The notes under the pieces were generated by a model. That model made no database searches and was not told the origin of the DNA. It was given only the letters and a program-made list of their open reading frames with translations. From an uncultured Gammaproteobacteria bacterium (GTDB taxonomy: Bacteria; Patescibacteriota; Patescibacteriia; Magasanikbacterales; UBA922): a stretch of DNA of 44,017 bases. The stretch lies in assembly GCA_964394405.1 (NCBI GenBank), contig CAYMVY010000001.1, positions 299,219-343,235 on the forward strand, in the 5' to 3' direction. The translations under genes were made by a program, and so were the position numbers. Below, in pieces: positions 9,106-18,435 of this stretch (its first letter is position 1; each line of letters opens with the position of its first letter).

Positions 9106-10659
9106 TTAGCCCGAAGCTGGGATGTTAGTTCCTCGCACTGAATTGGTTCCTTGTAGTCCGATTTGTCCGGTCACACCGTCCTTGCAAACATTGCCGATTG
9201 CCAGATTGTAATCATCGCTCGCACTCTGTTCTCGGATGTGATAAGCAACTTTATTTGCTTGAGTCGCTTGTAGATTGTTGGAGGAGATCACATTGTAGGT
9301 TGAGTAAACCGTACCGTTGTTTGAGAGATAAATGTCTTGCGATGTGTTAGTGGTCGATCGGGACGAACCATCAATTGCATTTCCGGTAATCGTGTTGTAA
9401 GAGGAGGCGTAGAGATATATTCCATGTCCACCGGCTCCGAAGATATGGTTTCCGGTGATCACATTGCTCACGGTTGTGCCCGATCCATGATACAAAGCGA
9501 TGCCTTGACTGGTTGGCCACGCAATAACATTTCCGGTGATCACATTGTATTTGGTGGCGTTCGAACTGTTGCCGACTACAATACTCCAGCTATCGCCGTA
9601 GAAGTGATTTCCAGTTACGGACACTCTTTGAGCACCAACGAGATAGACCCCGTAGTTTGTGCTGGTGAACACCATGTTGCCAGTGAATACTTCTCGCCAC
9701 CCGCTGTTTACATAAAAGCCGTAGCCATTATTGCGGATCACATTTCCGGTGATGGTGTTGTAGTTGCAAGCGTTGTCGTATATTCCGTAAGAATTTGAAG
9801 CCAGTACATTACCAACGATGCTGATGTATTGAGAGCTGGTGAATAATCCGATTGCCGTTCCGGTGTTTGAATAGATGTAACAATTTTTTATTACACTATC
9901 CTCAATAGCAATGACTTTTAAGCAATCTTGTTTTGCACCAGTAAGCCATAAGTTTTCTATTGTCAGTTTGCTGTGCTTATACGATGCGGTTCCCCAAAGC
10001 ACGAGAGGACTATTGGCACCCGATGTCTGATTGGCTTGGTTGCCGTCGATCATAAAGTCTCGGACCGTGATGTTGGTGTAGCTGACACTTCCACCATTTC
10101 CAATTCTCACAACATCTCCCAAGTTGGCAGAGTTTGCGACACGCAAAAGTGTTGCCGTCCCTTCGCCCTCGAGAATGACATTGCTCTTTAAGATTTCAAC
10201 GACACCGGTCAGGTTATAAGTTCCTTTCTTGATTCTTACGATTCCACCACCGGCTGGTAGATTGCTTATGGCTTCATTAATCTCTGTTTGGTCGGCCGTG
10301 CCGTCACAGTTATAGTCACCCGATCCATCAGTGGCAACAATTACTTCAGTTCTTGTTTGGAAGTCGTCAAAAAGCTTGGCTGTCACCAAAAGTTCAAGGC
10401 GTGTACCTTGAGGCCATTGTTGGGCAGTAGTGTTTTCTTTGGCTCGTTCGATTGTGAATTGATCGGTTGCGATTGTTGTTATTTTCACAATCTCTCCCAC
10501 ACTTGGATCGCTTGAATATAGCGTGGCGTGGAATGGTGCCGATGGAAACTTTGCCCCGTCACCGGTTTGCACATTGAGGACAGTCGCACCCGAAAGCAGT
10601 GGATTGTCCGTTATTGTGCTTTTGGCATTATTCTTTTTTGTTAAGAAAGTTTTAGCCAT
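9106..10659 (-). CDS. Right-handed parallel beta-helix protein (tailspike or polysaccharide depolymerase candidate).
   Basis: Short repeats of the NVITGN / ITGNVI / VTGNHF / ITGNAI type recur every ~22-25 residues and are Gly/Asn-rich. The gene sits in the tail module. Confidence 0.75.
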   Translation of the reverse strand: MAKTFLTKKNNAKSTITDNPLLSGATVLNVQTGDGAKFPSAPFHATLYSSDPSVGEIVKITTIATDQFTIERAKENTTAQQWPQGTRLELLVTAKLFDDFQTRTEVIVATDGSGDYNCDGTADQTEINEAISNLPAGGGIVRIKKGTYNLTGVVEILKSNVILEGEGTATLLRVANSANLGDVVRIGNGGSVSYTNITVRDFMIDGNQANQTSGANSPLVLWGTASYKHSKLTIENLWLTGAKQDCLKVIAIEDSVIKNCYIYSNTGTAIGLFTSSQYISIVGNVLASNSYGIYDNACNYNTITGNVIRNNGYGFYVNSGWREVFTGNMVFTSTNYGVYLVGAQRVSVTGNHFYGDSWSIVVGNSSNATKYNVITGNVIAWPTSQGIALYHGSGTTVSNVITGNHIFGAGGHGIYLYASSYNTITGNAIDGSSRSTTNTSQDIYLSNNGTVYSTYNVISSNNLQATQANKVAYHIREQSASDDYNLAIGNVCKDGVTGQIGLQGTNSVRGTNIPASG

Positions 10660-10675
10660 AGCTTTTTAATTTCTT

Positions 10676-11455
10676 TTAGGCCGCGGTGTCACCCTCGGAT
10701 TTCACTTGGGTTGTTGTAGCGGTTACTGCACCAGCACCAGCTGGCCAAGTAATGCGATACCATAGTCCGAAGTTTCCGGCAGGTGCGACATCGCCACACT
10801 TCAGACCGGTTGCTTTGCTGGCCATATCGCCACCCTCGGCGTTAACCAATGAACCGGCGGAATATCTCTTTCCAAACCAAAGGAAACAAATCTTTTTATT
10901 CGTTCCAATGGTTCCTCTTGATGTACCTCCGGCACCTTGTTTGATAGTCACTGATCTTGAAGCGGAGAGTGAGTTGGCATAAACCGCATACACCTTGGAA
11001 AATGTAAGCGATCCGACCACTTCGGTTGTACCGTTCAAGGTTAATGTTTCGGTCTGTCTGTTTCCGGAAGCATCCTCACCGACAACGGTTAGTTGTCTGG
11101 TGTCTGCACCATCGGAGACTACAGCGACAACGGCATTCGCCCCGAACGCCGACATGTTTCCTTGAGCACCGTCTGCATCATCTGCATGATCCAAACCAAA
11201 ACCGAACGATAGGGCGGAATTGGTTGGTTGGCTTAATAGCCACGAGACTATGTTTTGCCAAGTAAGCGTTGCATGGGTATTTTTTCTGAATATCTTTCGA
11301 TACTCAGTGCCACCGGCAGTCGCTTCATCACCAGTTATGTCGGTGAACAGGTTATTGTCGGTATTATCGACTACTTCAGTCGCCGAGATTCCAGCACCAT
11401 CAGAATTGGTTGCTGACGATTTATATTCTTTTAAGTCTGCTGATACGATTGGCAT
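10676..11455 (-). CDS. Phage structural protein, unrecognised (Ala/Gly/Thr-rich).
   Basis: A 259-aa ORF with an ATG start, lying between the capsid-associated genes and the tailspike. Confidence 0.45.
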   Translation of the reverse strand: MPIVSADLKEYKSSATNSDGAGISATEVVDNTDNNLFTDITGDEATAGGTEYRKIFRKNTHATLTWQNIVSWLLSQPTNSALSFGFGLDHADDADGAQGNMSAFGANAVVAVVSDGADTRQLTVVGEDASGNRQTETLTLNGTTEVVGSLTFSKVYAVYANSLSASRSVTIKQGAGGTSRGTIGTNKKICFLWFGKRYSAGSLVNAEGGDMASKATGLKCGDVAPAGNFGLWYRITWPAGAGAVTATTTQVKSEGDTAA

Positions 11456-11488
11456 AAGTTTGTTTTAGATTATCGACCCCTTAAGGTT

Positions 11489-11845
11489 TTATTTGTCGGT
11501 CAAAAGTTCGACCAATCTTTCTTTTGTTTCAGTGCCGTCGACCTCAACACCTTTTTCTTTTGCCAGAGATTGAAGCTCTTTTTTAGTTAGCTTCACAAAG
11601 TCTTTGTCGACTGTAGTGTCCTCGACTGGACTGGACTCATCAGACACACGCCAAAAATCTATTTTGAATGTGTCTAAGCCTTCAAGTTGTTTGATGATTT
11701 CCTCATCCTTGGTCTCAAATTGACCATCTTCGAACAAAGCGTAAACTCCCGGCTGATCGCCGATTTTTAATCCACCCTCAAATATCGGCATAGCCGGTTT
11801 AAGGACGATCTTGAGTCTTTTGATATGGGAATTAAATTTAGCCAT
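11489..11845 (-). CDS. Capsid-associated small protein with a SAP/Rho-N-like C-terminal helix-extended-helix motif.
   Basis: I prefer the ATG at 11845 (MAKFNSHIKRL); the track start at 11908 is GTG and runs through a hairpin. The C-terminus LTKKELQSLAKEKGVEVDGTETKERLVELL resembles SAP/Rho_N motifs. Confidence 0.5.
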   Translation of the reverse strand: MAKFNSHIKRLKIVLKPAMPIFEGGLKIGDQPGVYALFEDGQFETKDEEIIKQLEGLDTFKIDFWRVSDESSPVEDTTVDKDFVKLTKKELQSLAKEKGVEVDGTETKERLVELLTDK

Positions 11846-11897
11846 ATAAGTTTTATTAATTAAGTTTTTAATTTTTATCTGGCATCCGCCCTTACTC

Positions 11898-11922
11898 CTG
11901 GCTTCCACAGAGTGGAGGCCAG
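11898..11922 (-). other. Stem-loop immediately downstream of the major capsid gene (RNA-stability or partial-terminator candidate).
   Basis: The sequence ctggcttccacagagtggaggccag pairs as CTGGC..CCAC / GTGG..GCCAG with an internal 2x2 mismatch. No clear U-tract follows. Confidence 0.3.
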
Positions 11923-11949
11923 CGAGTCAGAGCAGAGCCTTGGTCAGGT

Positions 11950-13173
11950 TTAGGCAACACCCTTAAGCAAAGCGTTCTTTTCGAAGTTGACTCTCTGCAA
12001 ACCGACTTCGGTTTTGTATTGGTCGACTTCCTCGTCAGCATCGTTGTCCTGAATGTTGGTTTCGAGAGTGGTGTCTCGACCATTCAAAGGACAATGCTTC
12101 AAGGTTGAAAGATCCAATACGACTCCCATTCCGGCGTACTGATTGTCGAACATCGGGTGACGAACAATGTTCAAGGTACCGAATGAAGACTGGAATTTAC
12201 GGATTTCTACTCCGTATGTCTTATCGGTTGGAACGACATACATCTTGCTCGTGGCAAAGCCTTCCAAATAACCGAGCACAGTATTGCCACAGAAGAAGTA
12301 TTTCTCGCTTGAACCATACTTAAAGGCATAGTTCTGCAAGAATGATCGGAATTCGGCTTCGGTTAAGCTCGAACTTGATTCATCTTGCACATTTCCGGCG
12401 GCGATGATGGATTCCAAAATACCTCCAGTTAAGCGGAGTGGTTTACCATCGGGACCGGTGACTTCTTTCTTTTCACCGAACCAATACGCGCGTTCGATTT
12501 TCTTTGCTTGCTCGATACCATGCTTTGCACGCAGGTACTTCAAGTCCGCACCCGGAGTACCGGATGGATAGAGCTTCGAAGCGTTCTCGGTTTGAGTGAC
12601 ACCGAATTTTGTTTTGAAGATTTGGGTGTAGTTGGTGACTTTCACGAGTTTGGTCGTGTTGGAATCACCAGACTTTGATCCTTCCTCAAAAGCAGGACCG
12701 ATGACCAATAGCCAGTCGTCATCATTGATGGCGGCCGCCGCAGTGGCACCGGCTCCACGACTTACGGTTAGAGTGTTCGTGGAATAATTAACATTGGTGA
12801 CTCTCATGATTTCACCGGTACGAGTATTTTTAATCAGATCGTACTTGGAGAAAATTGAGGCACCTGGACTATCGACAACAATGTCGGTTGCACCTACGAG
12901 GTAGCCACCGCCATTGTTAATTCGAGCCCAGACACCGGAGTACTGATCCTCATATTCAGTAAACTCCGGGTTATAGACGACTCTTTTTTGGAGAGCCATT
13001 CCTTTGAACTTGCCTCCACCGTCACCAATCTTTCCGATTTGGGTCAAGAAAGCAGTGAGCGGTGATTCGCCTGGTTCAAGAAGGAATATTTTGTCATCGA
13101 CATCGGGAATACGCTGTGATTGTTCAATCGTCAGTGTGTTCCTCGTTCCGATGAGATGGGTTGGTTCAGACAT
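11950..13173 (-). CDS. Major capsid protein (HK97 fold, P22/SU10-like family).
   Basis: A 407-aa ORF directly after the scaffold gene. Its length, position and sequence blocks (TNYTQIFKTKFGVTQTE, IERAYWFGEK, LTGGILE, EVGLQ near the C-terminus) match capsid families I recognise. Confidence 0.85.
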   Translation of the reverse strand: MSEPTHLIGTRNTLTIEQSQRIPDVDDKIFLLEPGESPLTAFLTQIGKIGDGGGKFKGMALQKRVVYNPEFTEYEDQYSGVWARINNGGGYLVGATDIVVDSPGASIFSKYDLIKNTRTGEIMRVTNVNYSTNTLTVSRGAGATAAAAINDDDWLLVIGPAFEEGSKSGDSNTTKLVKVTNYTQIFKTKFGVTQTENASKLYPSGTPGADLKYLRAKHGIEQAKKIERAYWFGEKKEVTGPDGKPLRLTGGILESIIAAGNVQDESSSSLTEAEFRSFLQNYAFKYGSSEKYFFCGNTVLGYLEGFATSKMYVVPTDKTYGVEIRKFQSSFGTLNIVRHPMFDNQYAGMGVVLDLSTLKHCPLNGRDTTLETNIQDNDADEEVDQYKTEVGLQRVNFEKNALLKGVA

Positions 13174-13232
13174 AATTTTGTTTTATGTTAGAAAGCCGGT
13201 AACCGCTCACGAGACCTCAAATCTAATAAGCA

Positions 13233-14087
13233 TTACCTGACTTTGTTTGGGTTGATACTTTCGCCCACAAGATCGTCAAAGGGATTATCTTTGGGCGTTT
13301 GGCCTTTGGCAGTTGGTGAACCGCCTCCGACACCTGATGCATTTTCACGCTCAAGATTTTTCACTTCCTCTTTTTTCAAAGCTTCCTCGGTTGCTTTCTT
13401 GGCTTGGGCATCCTTGGTGATGGAGTCGTAGGCCAGTTGAAGCGTGCGAGCATTGAACGGTAGTTTTTCTTTTTCGATGATATCGAGAACTTTGTGTCCC
13501 AGCTCTGGTTCTTTGAAGTCCTCGTGTTCCTCGATCCACTTATCAATTTCCGCTTTGGTTTTTGCTTTGGTTTCTCTTTCCTCAAGCTTTTTGTCGAGGA
13601 TAGCTTCTATGTCGGGCGTATCCTCCGGCTCCGATTCGCCGGACTTCATGGTCTCGGCAAGTACCGCTTTTAGCTGTTCGGCTAATTGCGGATTTTTAAC
13701 CAATGCTCGATCCAGCACAGAGAGAAACTGTTCGTTTTTCTCATGTTGGGTTTTCAGATCATTGATTTCTTTTCCTTGCTCGATGATCTTGGTCTGGGCT
13801 TCGTCATATGAGCGTTTAGCATCATCCTCGCTCTTAAACTTTCCCCAGAAGGATTTGTCGCCCTCGGGCTTTTTACCGTCGGGACTTTCGCCCTTATCGC
13901 TGGGTGTATCGCCAGATTGGTCTTTGGGCTGTTCACCCTTAGCGTCTGGTTTTTTGTCAGGTTGCTCTCCGCTCGGAGTGCCTGACGGAACTGAATTGAC
14001 CGGTTGTTCCTTTCCGACTGCATCGTCAAAAGACGGAGTCTCTGGCTTTGCGTTCGGATCGGCGCCGGAATTGTTTGGTTTTTCCAT
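13233..14087 (-). CDS. Scaffolding protein.
   Basis: The protein is highly charged (Lys/Glu/Asp/Pro-rich) and helical, and lies between the portal and capsid genes. The track start at 14144 is TTG; the first ATG is at 14087 (MEKPNNSG). Confidence 0.65.
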   Translation of the reverse strand: MEKPNNSGADPNAKPETPSFDDAVGKEQPVNSVPSGTPSGEQPDKKPDAKGEQPKDQSGDTPSDKGESPDGKKPEGDKSFWGKFKSEDDAKRSYDEAQTKIIEQGKEINDLKTQHEKNEQFLSVLDRALVKNPQLAEQLKAVLAETMKSGESEPEDTPDIEAILDKKLEERETKAKTKAEIDKWIEEHEDFKEPELGHKVLDIIEKEKLPFNARTLQLAYDSITKDAQAKKATEEALKKEEVKNLERENASGVGGGSPTAKGQTPKDNPFDDLVGESINPNKVR

Positions 14088-14160
14088 AGGCGTATTAATT
14101 GGCGGATTGTTCTTTTCCAGTCTGACCTCACGAAAGACTTTCAAAGCGTCCGTCTGTTAA

Positions 14161-14191
14161 TAAAACCGAGCCCCTTTGTGGAGGCTCGGTT
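14161..14191 (-). terminator. Intrinsic terminator inside the late operon (minus strand).
   Basis: On the minus strand a 9-bp stem AACCGAGCC / GGCTCGGTT with a 10-nt loop is followed by TTTTATT. Confidence 0.6.
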
Positions 14192-14206
14192 GGCTTCTCA
14201 AGATGT

Positions 14207-14269
14207 GGAAATCGCCAGAAATCCCATCTCAAGAGGCCAGCTGAACCTCTCAAAATTTTGGCGATTTCC
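14207..14269 (-). ncRNA. Long hairpin element (11-bp stem, ~41-nt loop containing a 4-bp sub-stem). Candidate cis-regulatory RNA.
   Basis: ggaaatcgcca (14207-14217) is perfectly complementary to tggcgatttcc (14259-14269). The element lies in a ~200-nt non-coding gap just upstream, in minus-strand terms, of the 14161-14191 terminator. Confidence 0.4.
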
Positions 14270-14291
14270 TTAAATTGTTTTTATTAGGTTT

Positions 14292-14531
14292 TCATATTTT
14301 TGGTTTTATAAATTCGTCATGAATTGCTTTTATTCTAAGCAACACGACTCCCAAACCTTCGGCTCGACCTTGATAGTGCCGAATATCATCGGTGGGCAGT
14401 CCTTTGTTTAATAACCAAGTCTTGGTTATTTCCAATTCATCGGCAATCAAGTCGGACAAAGCTTCAAAATACTTTGTCTCGTACAAATTGCTGATGGTTT
14501 CCTCGGTTTGTTTGTTTATTTTTTCGCTCAT
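14292..14531 (-). CDS. Hypothetical small phage protein (portal-proximal).
   Basis: A 79-aa ORF with an ATG start, 4 nt after the portal stop. Confidence 0.45.
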   Translation of the reverse strand: MSEKINKQTEETISNLYETKYFEALSDLIADELEITKTWLLNKGLPTDDIRHYQGRAEGLGVVLLRIKAIHDEFIKPKI

Positions 14532-14535
14532 AGGT

Positions 14536-16485
14536 TTATTGCTTCATTGCGTTTCCTAACATCGCACCCATTTCATTTCCGGGAAGTGCTGGTGCTGGAG
14601 GTTCGTTTGGATCAACAGCAGGTGCTTCACCGGCTGGTATTTCTGAACCTTGATCTGTCGGCACGATCGGAGGTTGTTTCTGTTCGGTGATGTAGTTTGT
14701 TGGTTCCCAGCCGTAATCCTCAAAAAGCTTCATTAATATTTTGAATTTCTTGATTGAATATACTGTTCCGGTTTCCGCATCGGTTAATTCGTTCACATCT
14801 TTAATCAATCCCCACAATTCCAAATCTTTTGCTTTCTTAAGCTCGGAGGATGTGGCAAGTGATGATGTTGATTCGAGGGACATCTCGTACTCATCGTCAA
14901 ACAATCCATTTACGCTTTCGCCTGCTTCAGTTATAAGTCCGTGTCTGGTCAGGATTGCTATGGCCTTATCGGGCATTACGGATTTCTTTGTCCAGAATTG
15001 CTTTATCATGCTGATCCAGTGGTCAAAGTGCATGATGTAAGAATTGCGAAGCATGATCAGGAACAACTTCACGCCCTCAAGTGTTGCTTCTCGCATAAAC
15101 GAGGCAACGGTCGCAGTTTCTTTTCTGTCCACACCGGCCGTAGTGGTGAATTCGTCTATTCCCACAGCAATTCTCATGGCTTCTTTGATGTGGTCAGGTT
15201 CTACGAAAGCCGAAGAGTTAACATCGCCGAATTTAAGTTCTTTGACGGAGTTTGGATCATTAGTCCATAAGATTCCGAGAGGCTTCACGGTTATGGTTGA
15301 TTGCTTATACCCGGGCAGAGCCACTGGTGCGGCCGCAATCATGCTGTGAATTTTCATTGTCACAGCATCGACTCTTTGGTTGGTTATGGAGTTGAGAAGT
15401 TCTTGCAAATGGTCGACAAGCTTTGGAATACCCAGCCAGTAAAATGAGAATGGTCTTGGGAAGAATCCAGTTCGGGAATAAGGTTTCTGTTCGTGGTCGT
15501 ACGGATTGTCACCGTCTTTTATTTCTATTGGTGTGCCGTCCATCGGCAGGAATACAGTAAACCTGTCATCAATCCATCTTTCAACGACTTCAAATAACTT
15601 CTCACTTGTCGTTGGCATTTGGACCGGATTGTTTGGGTTACCCTCAATCGGACTTGTCGCCTTAGTTGTTTCTCTCAAACTCTTTCTAAGTTGTATCAAG
15701 ACTTCTTTTCGCACATAGGCATAGTCGGTGATATCACCACCGGACTTTGTCACTTCGCCGTCAGTGTTTAGGAATTGTTTCCACACACTTTCGTTCACAT
15801 CCGGATATTGAGCTTTCATTTCATCCAGTGTCAGCACATAGCGATGAAATACTGGAAAAGGATCGGCAATCTTTTTCATTCTCGGATGTGGATAAAAGTT
15901 ATAAATATCCACGGGGTCAAAGTCTGGTCGGAAGACGATCTTGGATGTTGCAGTCTTGAATACCAGCTTCTTGATCTTGTCGATGATGCCGATTTCTTTT
16001 TGTCTCTTTTTCTTGGTTTCTTTTCTGAGGAAGTCTTTTCCGATTGTAGTTCCGCAGATGAATACTTGCAGGAAGAAGTCGACTAAGTCATCACTCATGC
16101 CAATCTCCCAAAGCCACAGCACAAGGTCTTTCAAGGCTTCATTGTTTTTACCCTCGAGCTTGAAGTCAGGTGTTATGCCGATTGTCTTTTGTAAAAAGGT
16201 TTTGATGTATGAAAATACTTGAGGAATAAAAACATTTGACTGCCAGATCTCGCCGTCAATTGTTTTTTCCAATTGCTCGGCACGATCACCGTTGTAAGAG
16301 GAAAACAGTTTATAACCCCGATCAAATTCGGGCTTGTAGTAGTACAAGAAGTTTTTCTTGGCTTCATCGTACTCACTATTGAATTTTTGCAGTTCTTTAG
16401 TATTTGCCATATTTAATAAAGTTTTATTGTTCGACCTTTGCGTGTCATTGGCATCTCGCTTGGTAATTCTTTTAATCCTTGCCAT
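14536..16485 (-). CDS. Portal protein.
   Basis: A 649-aa ORF immediately downstream of the large terminase, with typical size and position. An alternative ATG at 16410 would remove the 73-nt overlap with terL. Confidence 0.8.
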   Translation of the reverse strand: MARIKRITKRDANDTQRSNNKTLLNMANTKELQKFNSEYDEAKKNFLYYYKPEFDRGYKLFSSYNGDRAEQLEKTIDGEIWQSNVFIPQVFSYIKTFLQKTIGITPDFKLEGKNNEALKDLVLWLWEIGMSDDLVDFFLQVFICGTTIGKDFLRKETKKKRQKEIGIIDKIKKLVFKTATSKIVFRPDFDPVDIYNFYPHPRMKKIADPFPVFHRYVLTLDEMKAQYPDVNESVWKQFLNTDGEVTKSGGDITDYAYVRKEVLIQLRKSLRETTKATSPIEGNPNNPVQMPTTSEKLFEVVERWIDDRFTVFLPMDGTPIEIKDGDNPYDHEQKPYSRTGFFPRPFSFYWLGIPKLVDHLQELLNSITNQRVDAVTMKIHSMIAAAPVALPGYKQSTITVKPLGILWTNDPNSVKELKFGDVNSSAFVEPDHIKEAMRIAVGIDEFTTTAGVDRKETATVASFMREATLEGVKLFLIMLRNSYIMHFDHWISMIKQFWTKKSVMPDKAIAILTRHGLITEAGESVNGLFDDEYEMSLESTSSLATSSELKKAKDLELWGLIKDVNELTDAETGTVYSIKKFKILMKLFEDYGWEPTNYITEQKQPPIVPTDQGSEIPAGEAPAVDPNEPPAPALPGNEMGAMLGNAMKQ

Positions 16486-18059
16486 GCGAGCATTGCCGAA
16501 ATTAATGCATCATCTTTCTGTCCAGTTTCCGCTCCCATACCGTACTTACTGCTTTCACTGGTGTGAACGAATGTCATCATTTGGCTTACGGTTGATTGAC
16601 TCGACAAACCGATGTCATCGTCACGCAATCCGGCTATGAAGTCATCGACCATCAGAGGTTTGGTTGTTTGGCTGGTTTTCCAGCCAAGTTCTTTTCTTTT
16701 GGTGTTAGTGACTTTGTCAAAGACTGTTCGTTGGTAGATGTTTGAGTATTCAGTCTTGAGAGCGTTGATTACCGCCAGCCCGTGATTGTTTATTTCGATT
16801 ACGGCCAGTGCATCGTTGAACAGTTCGGCTGATTGTCTGATTTTCTTGGCAAATAAGTCCGGTTGGATTTGCCCGATGTAACTTCCGACTTCTCGTCCGG
16901 TCATCTTGTCTATGATCGTGATCGCCGAATCGTCTTGTCCGATACCCTCGGCTGGATCGGCACCCAGACTGTAGAAATGTCTCAGGTTGGGTTCCTCGTA
17001 TATCAGGATGTCGTCAAGTTTTCTTATCGGTTGTCTGACGAATTTGCTTTGAGCTTCGATGTATTGCTTTGGAATTACAGCTTTACTTGAGGCAACGAAT
17101 GATTCCTCGATGGTGGCAGGATATTCTTGTTTGAATTTATCCGTATCGCCACCGCAGAGGTTTTGGATTGCCCATCTACGCCATTTCAATTGCTCGTAGG
17201 TCAGGTTCTCTTTTGCTCTCAATTCTTTCTCATATTCGTCCAATGTTTCGGCAAACTTCTTTTTGTCGGCATCACTTGCGAATGGTTGGCTATATTCGGG
17301 CATCAGGTGCCACGGCAGGAATATAAGCTCGAATTCGTTTTTGCCAGCCAGAGCATCTTGTACCATTTGGTAGAAGTATTCGCCGTCACCACCGAAACCG
17401 TTGGCAGTTGATTCGAGAAAGACGGCAGTGTTCGGTAAGCTCGGAATTGATTGCAGTACTGAGAGCATCAAAGCTTTGGCATTTTTCCAAAAGGCTACCT
17501 CTGAACCGTGGAAGTTATGGATGGTCAAACCTCTACCGATTTTTGTCTTGTCGGCGGTTGATATAACCATTCGGCTTCGCAGTCCGGGATTATTGGTTCG
17601 GCCTTTCTCGTCCGGATTCTCAAAGACCATTTGCTTTTTGTTGTCGTACCGTCGCATCGGCTTAACATCAAACGGCAGGAGATCGTAGAACAGTTTACTC
17701 ATTGAGAATATCGCATCGGTTGATTCAGGTTCGTGAGCGACAATCAGTGAGTTACTGTTTTCAAACCTTGCGGTTCGTTCGAATATCAAACCCTCGCAAA
17801 GTGTGGACACGCCCTCTTGTCTAGCTTTAAGAATAATCATTCTGATCGGTTTGTTTTGAGCTTTCAGTTCTTTGATTCTCTTATAAATCAGGTACTGAGC
17901 GGTATTAAACTTTAAAGGAACAGTTTGCTGGTCTTTCGTCTTTATGAACAGACACTCCTCGATGAATTCTCTCGGATCAGCATCGAAAAAATTCACGAAA
18001 TCCACCAGCGTTTTAACCGTCGGGTGGTCTCTCTCTGGCTTTTTTGAGTATTTGTTCAT
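16413..18059 (-). CDS. terL: Terminase large subunit.
   Basis: A 548-aa ORF with a Walker-A-like KARQEGVST block, Terminase_6-type sequence blocks, and a C-terminal nuclease-type acidic region. It lies between the small terminase and portal genes. Confidence 0.9.
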   Translation of the reverse strand: MNKYSKKPERDHPTVKTLVDFVNFFDADPREFIEECLFIKTKDQQTVPLKFNTAQYLIYKRIKELKAQNKPIRMIILKARQEGVSTLCEGLIFERTARFENSNSLIVAHEPESTDAIFSMSKLFYDLLPFDVKPMRRYDNKKQMVFENPDEKGRTNNPGLRSRMVISTADKTKIGRGLTIHNFHGSEVAFWKNAKALMLSVLQSIPSLPNTAVFLESTANGFGGDGEYFYQMVQDALAGKNEFELIFLPWHLMPEYSQPFASDADKKKFAETLDEYEKELRAKENLTYEQLKWRRWAIQNLCGGDTDKFKQEYPATIEESFVASSKAVIPKQYIEAQSKFVRQPIRKLDDILIYEEPNLRHFYSLGADPAEGIGQDDSAITIIDKMTGREVGSYIGQIQPDLFAKKIRQSAELFNDALAVIEINNHGLAVINALKTEYSNIYQRTVFDKVTNTKRKELGWKTSQTTKPLMVDDFIAGLRDDDIGLSSQSTVSQMMTFVHTSESSKYGMGAETGQKDDALISAMLAWQGLKELPSEMPMTRKGRTIKLY

Positions 18060-18435
18060 AACTTAGGCCTGTTCCATATAATCCCTTATGTTCGATGGTT
18101 TCTTTGGGACTTCCAAGTTCACGGTCGAGTATCTCTTTGCACGCACGAAATTTTACGCCATCATCGGGACTCCCCATAAGGGCAACGAGCATCGATGAGG
18201 CAGTCTCAACGCTTTTGTGCAATATCCACTCGGCTTGGTTTTTTCTGATTTCATTCTGTCCATCTCTATAAGTTTCGTATTCCTCCTTAAGCAAACCGCC
18301 AAAAGCAAACCATTTTTCGACCGTTGAGACCGGAGTTTTAAGCTTTCGGGCAATAACAGGATAAGACTCGCCGTTGTACTTAAGGCGAATCGCTTCTTGG
18401 TATCTGGTGCATTTGATGTCAACTTTTTTGTTCAT
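18013..18435 (-). CDS. Terminase small subunit candidate (N-terminal HTH).
   Basis: A 140-aa ORF directly upstream of, and overlapping, terL. It carries an HTH-like segment, ESYPVIARKLKTPVSTVEKW. Confidence 0.55.
   Translation of the reverse strand: MNKKVDIKCTRYQEAIRLKYNGESYPVIARKLKTPVSTVEKWFAFGGLLKEEYETYRDGQNEIRKNQAEWILHKSVETASSMLVALMGSPDDGVKFRACKEILDRELGSPKETIEHKGLYGTGLSYEQILKKARERPPDG

Noticed and set aside
11846-12083. A GVG-start extension of the 139-aa ORF (11908) and the 63-aa ORF at 11892-12083 overlapping the capsid gene 3' end.
   Set aside because: The first starts at GTG and crosses the post-capsid hairpin; the ATG at 11845 gives a clean gene. The second lies inside or overlaps the capsid gene in another frame.
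13444-14160. A 238-aa plus-strand ORF (Ser/Leu/Phe-rich) and several other 60-150-aa ORFs lie antisense to, or out of frame with, the large phage genes. Examples are 632-1175, 1527-1982, 9337-9798 and 18930-19553.
   Set aside because: They lie entirely inside longer, motif-supported genes on the other strand. They have low-complexity, shadow-frame composition and no packing logic.
16411-16485. A 73-nt overlap between the terL 3' end and the portal 5' end.
   Set aside because: I do not treat this as a frameshift or fusion signal. An in-frame ATG at 16410 directly after the terL stop explains it equally well, and the true start cannot be chosen without RBS signals.
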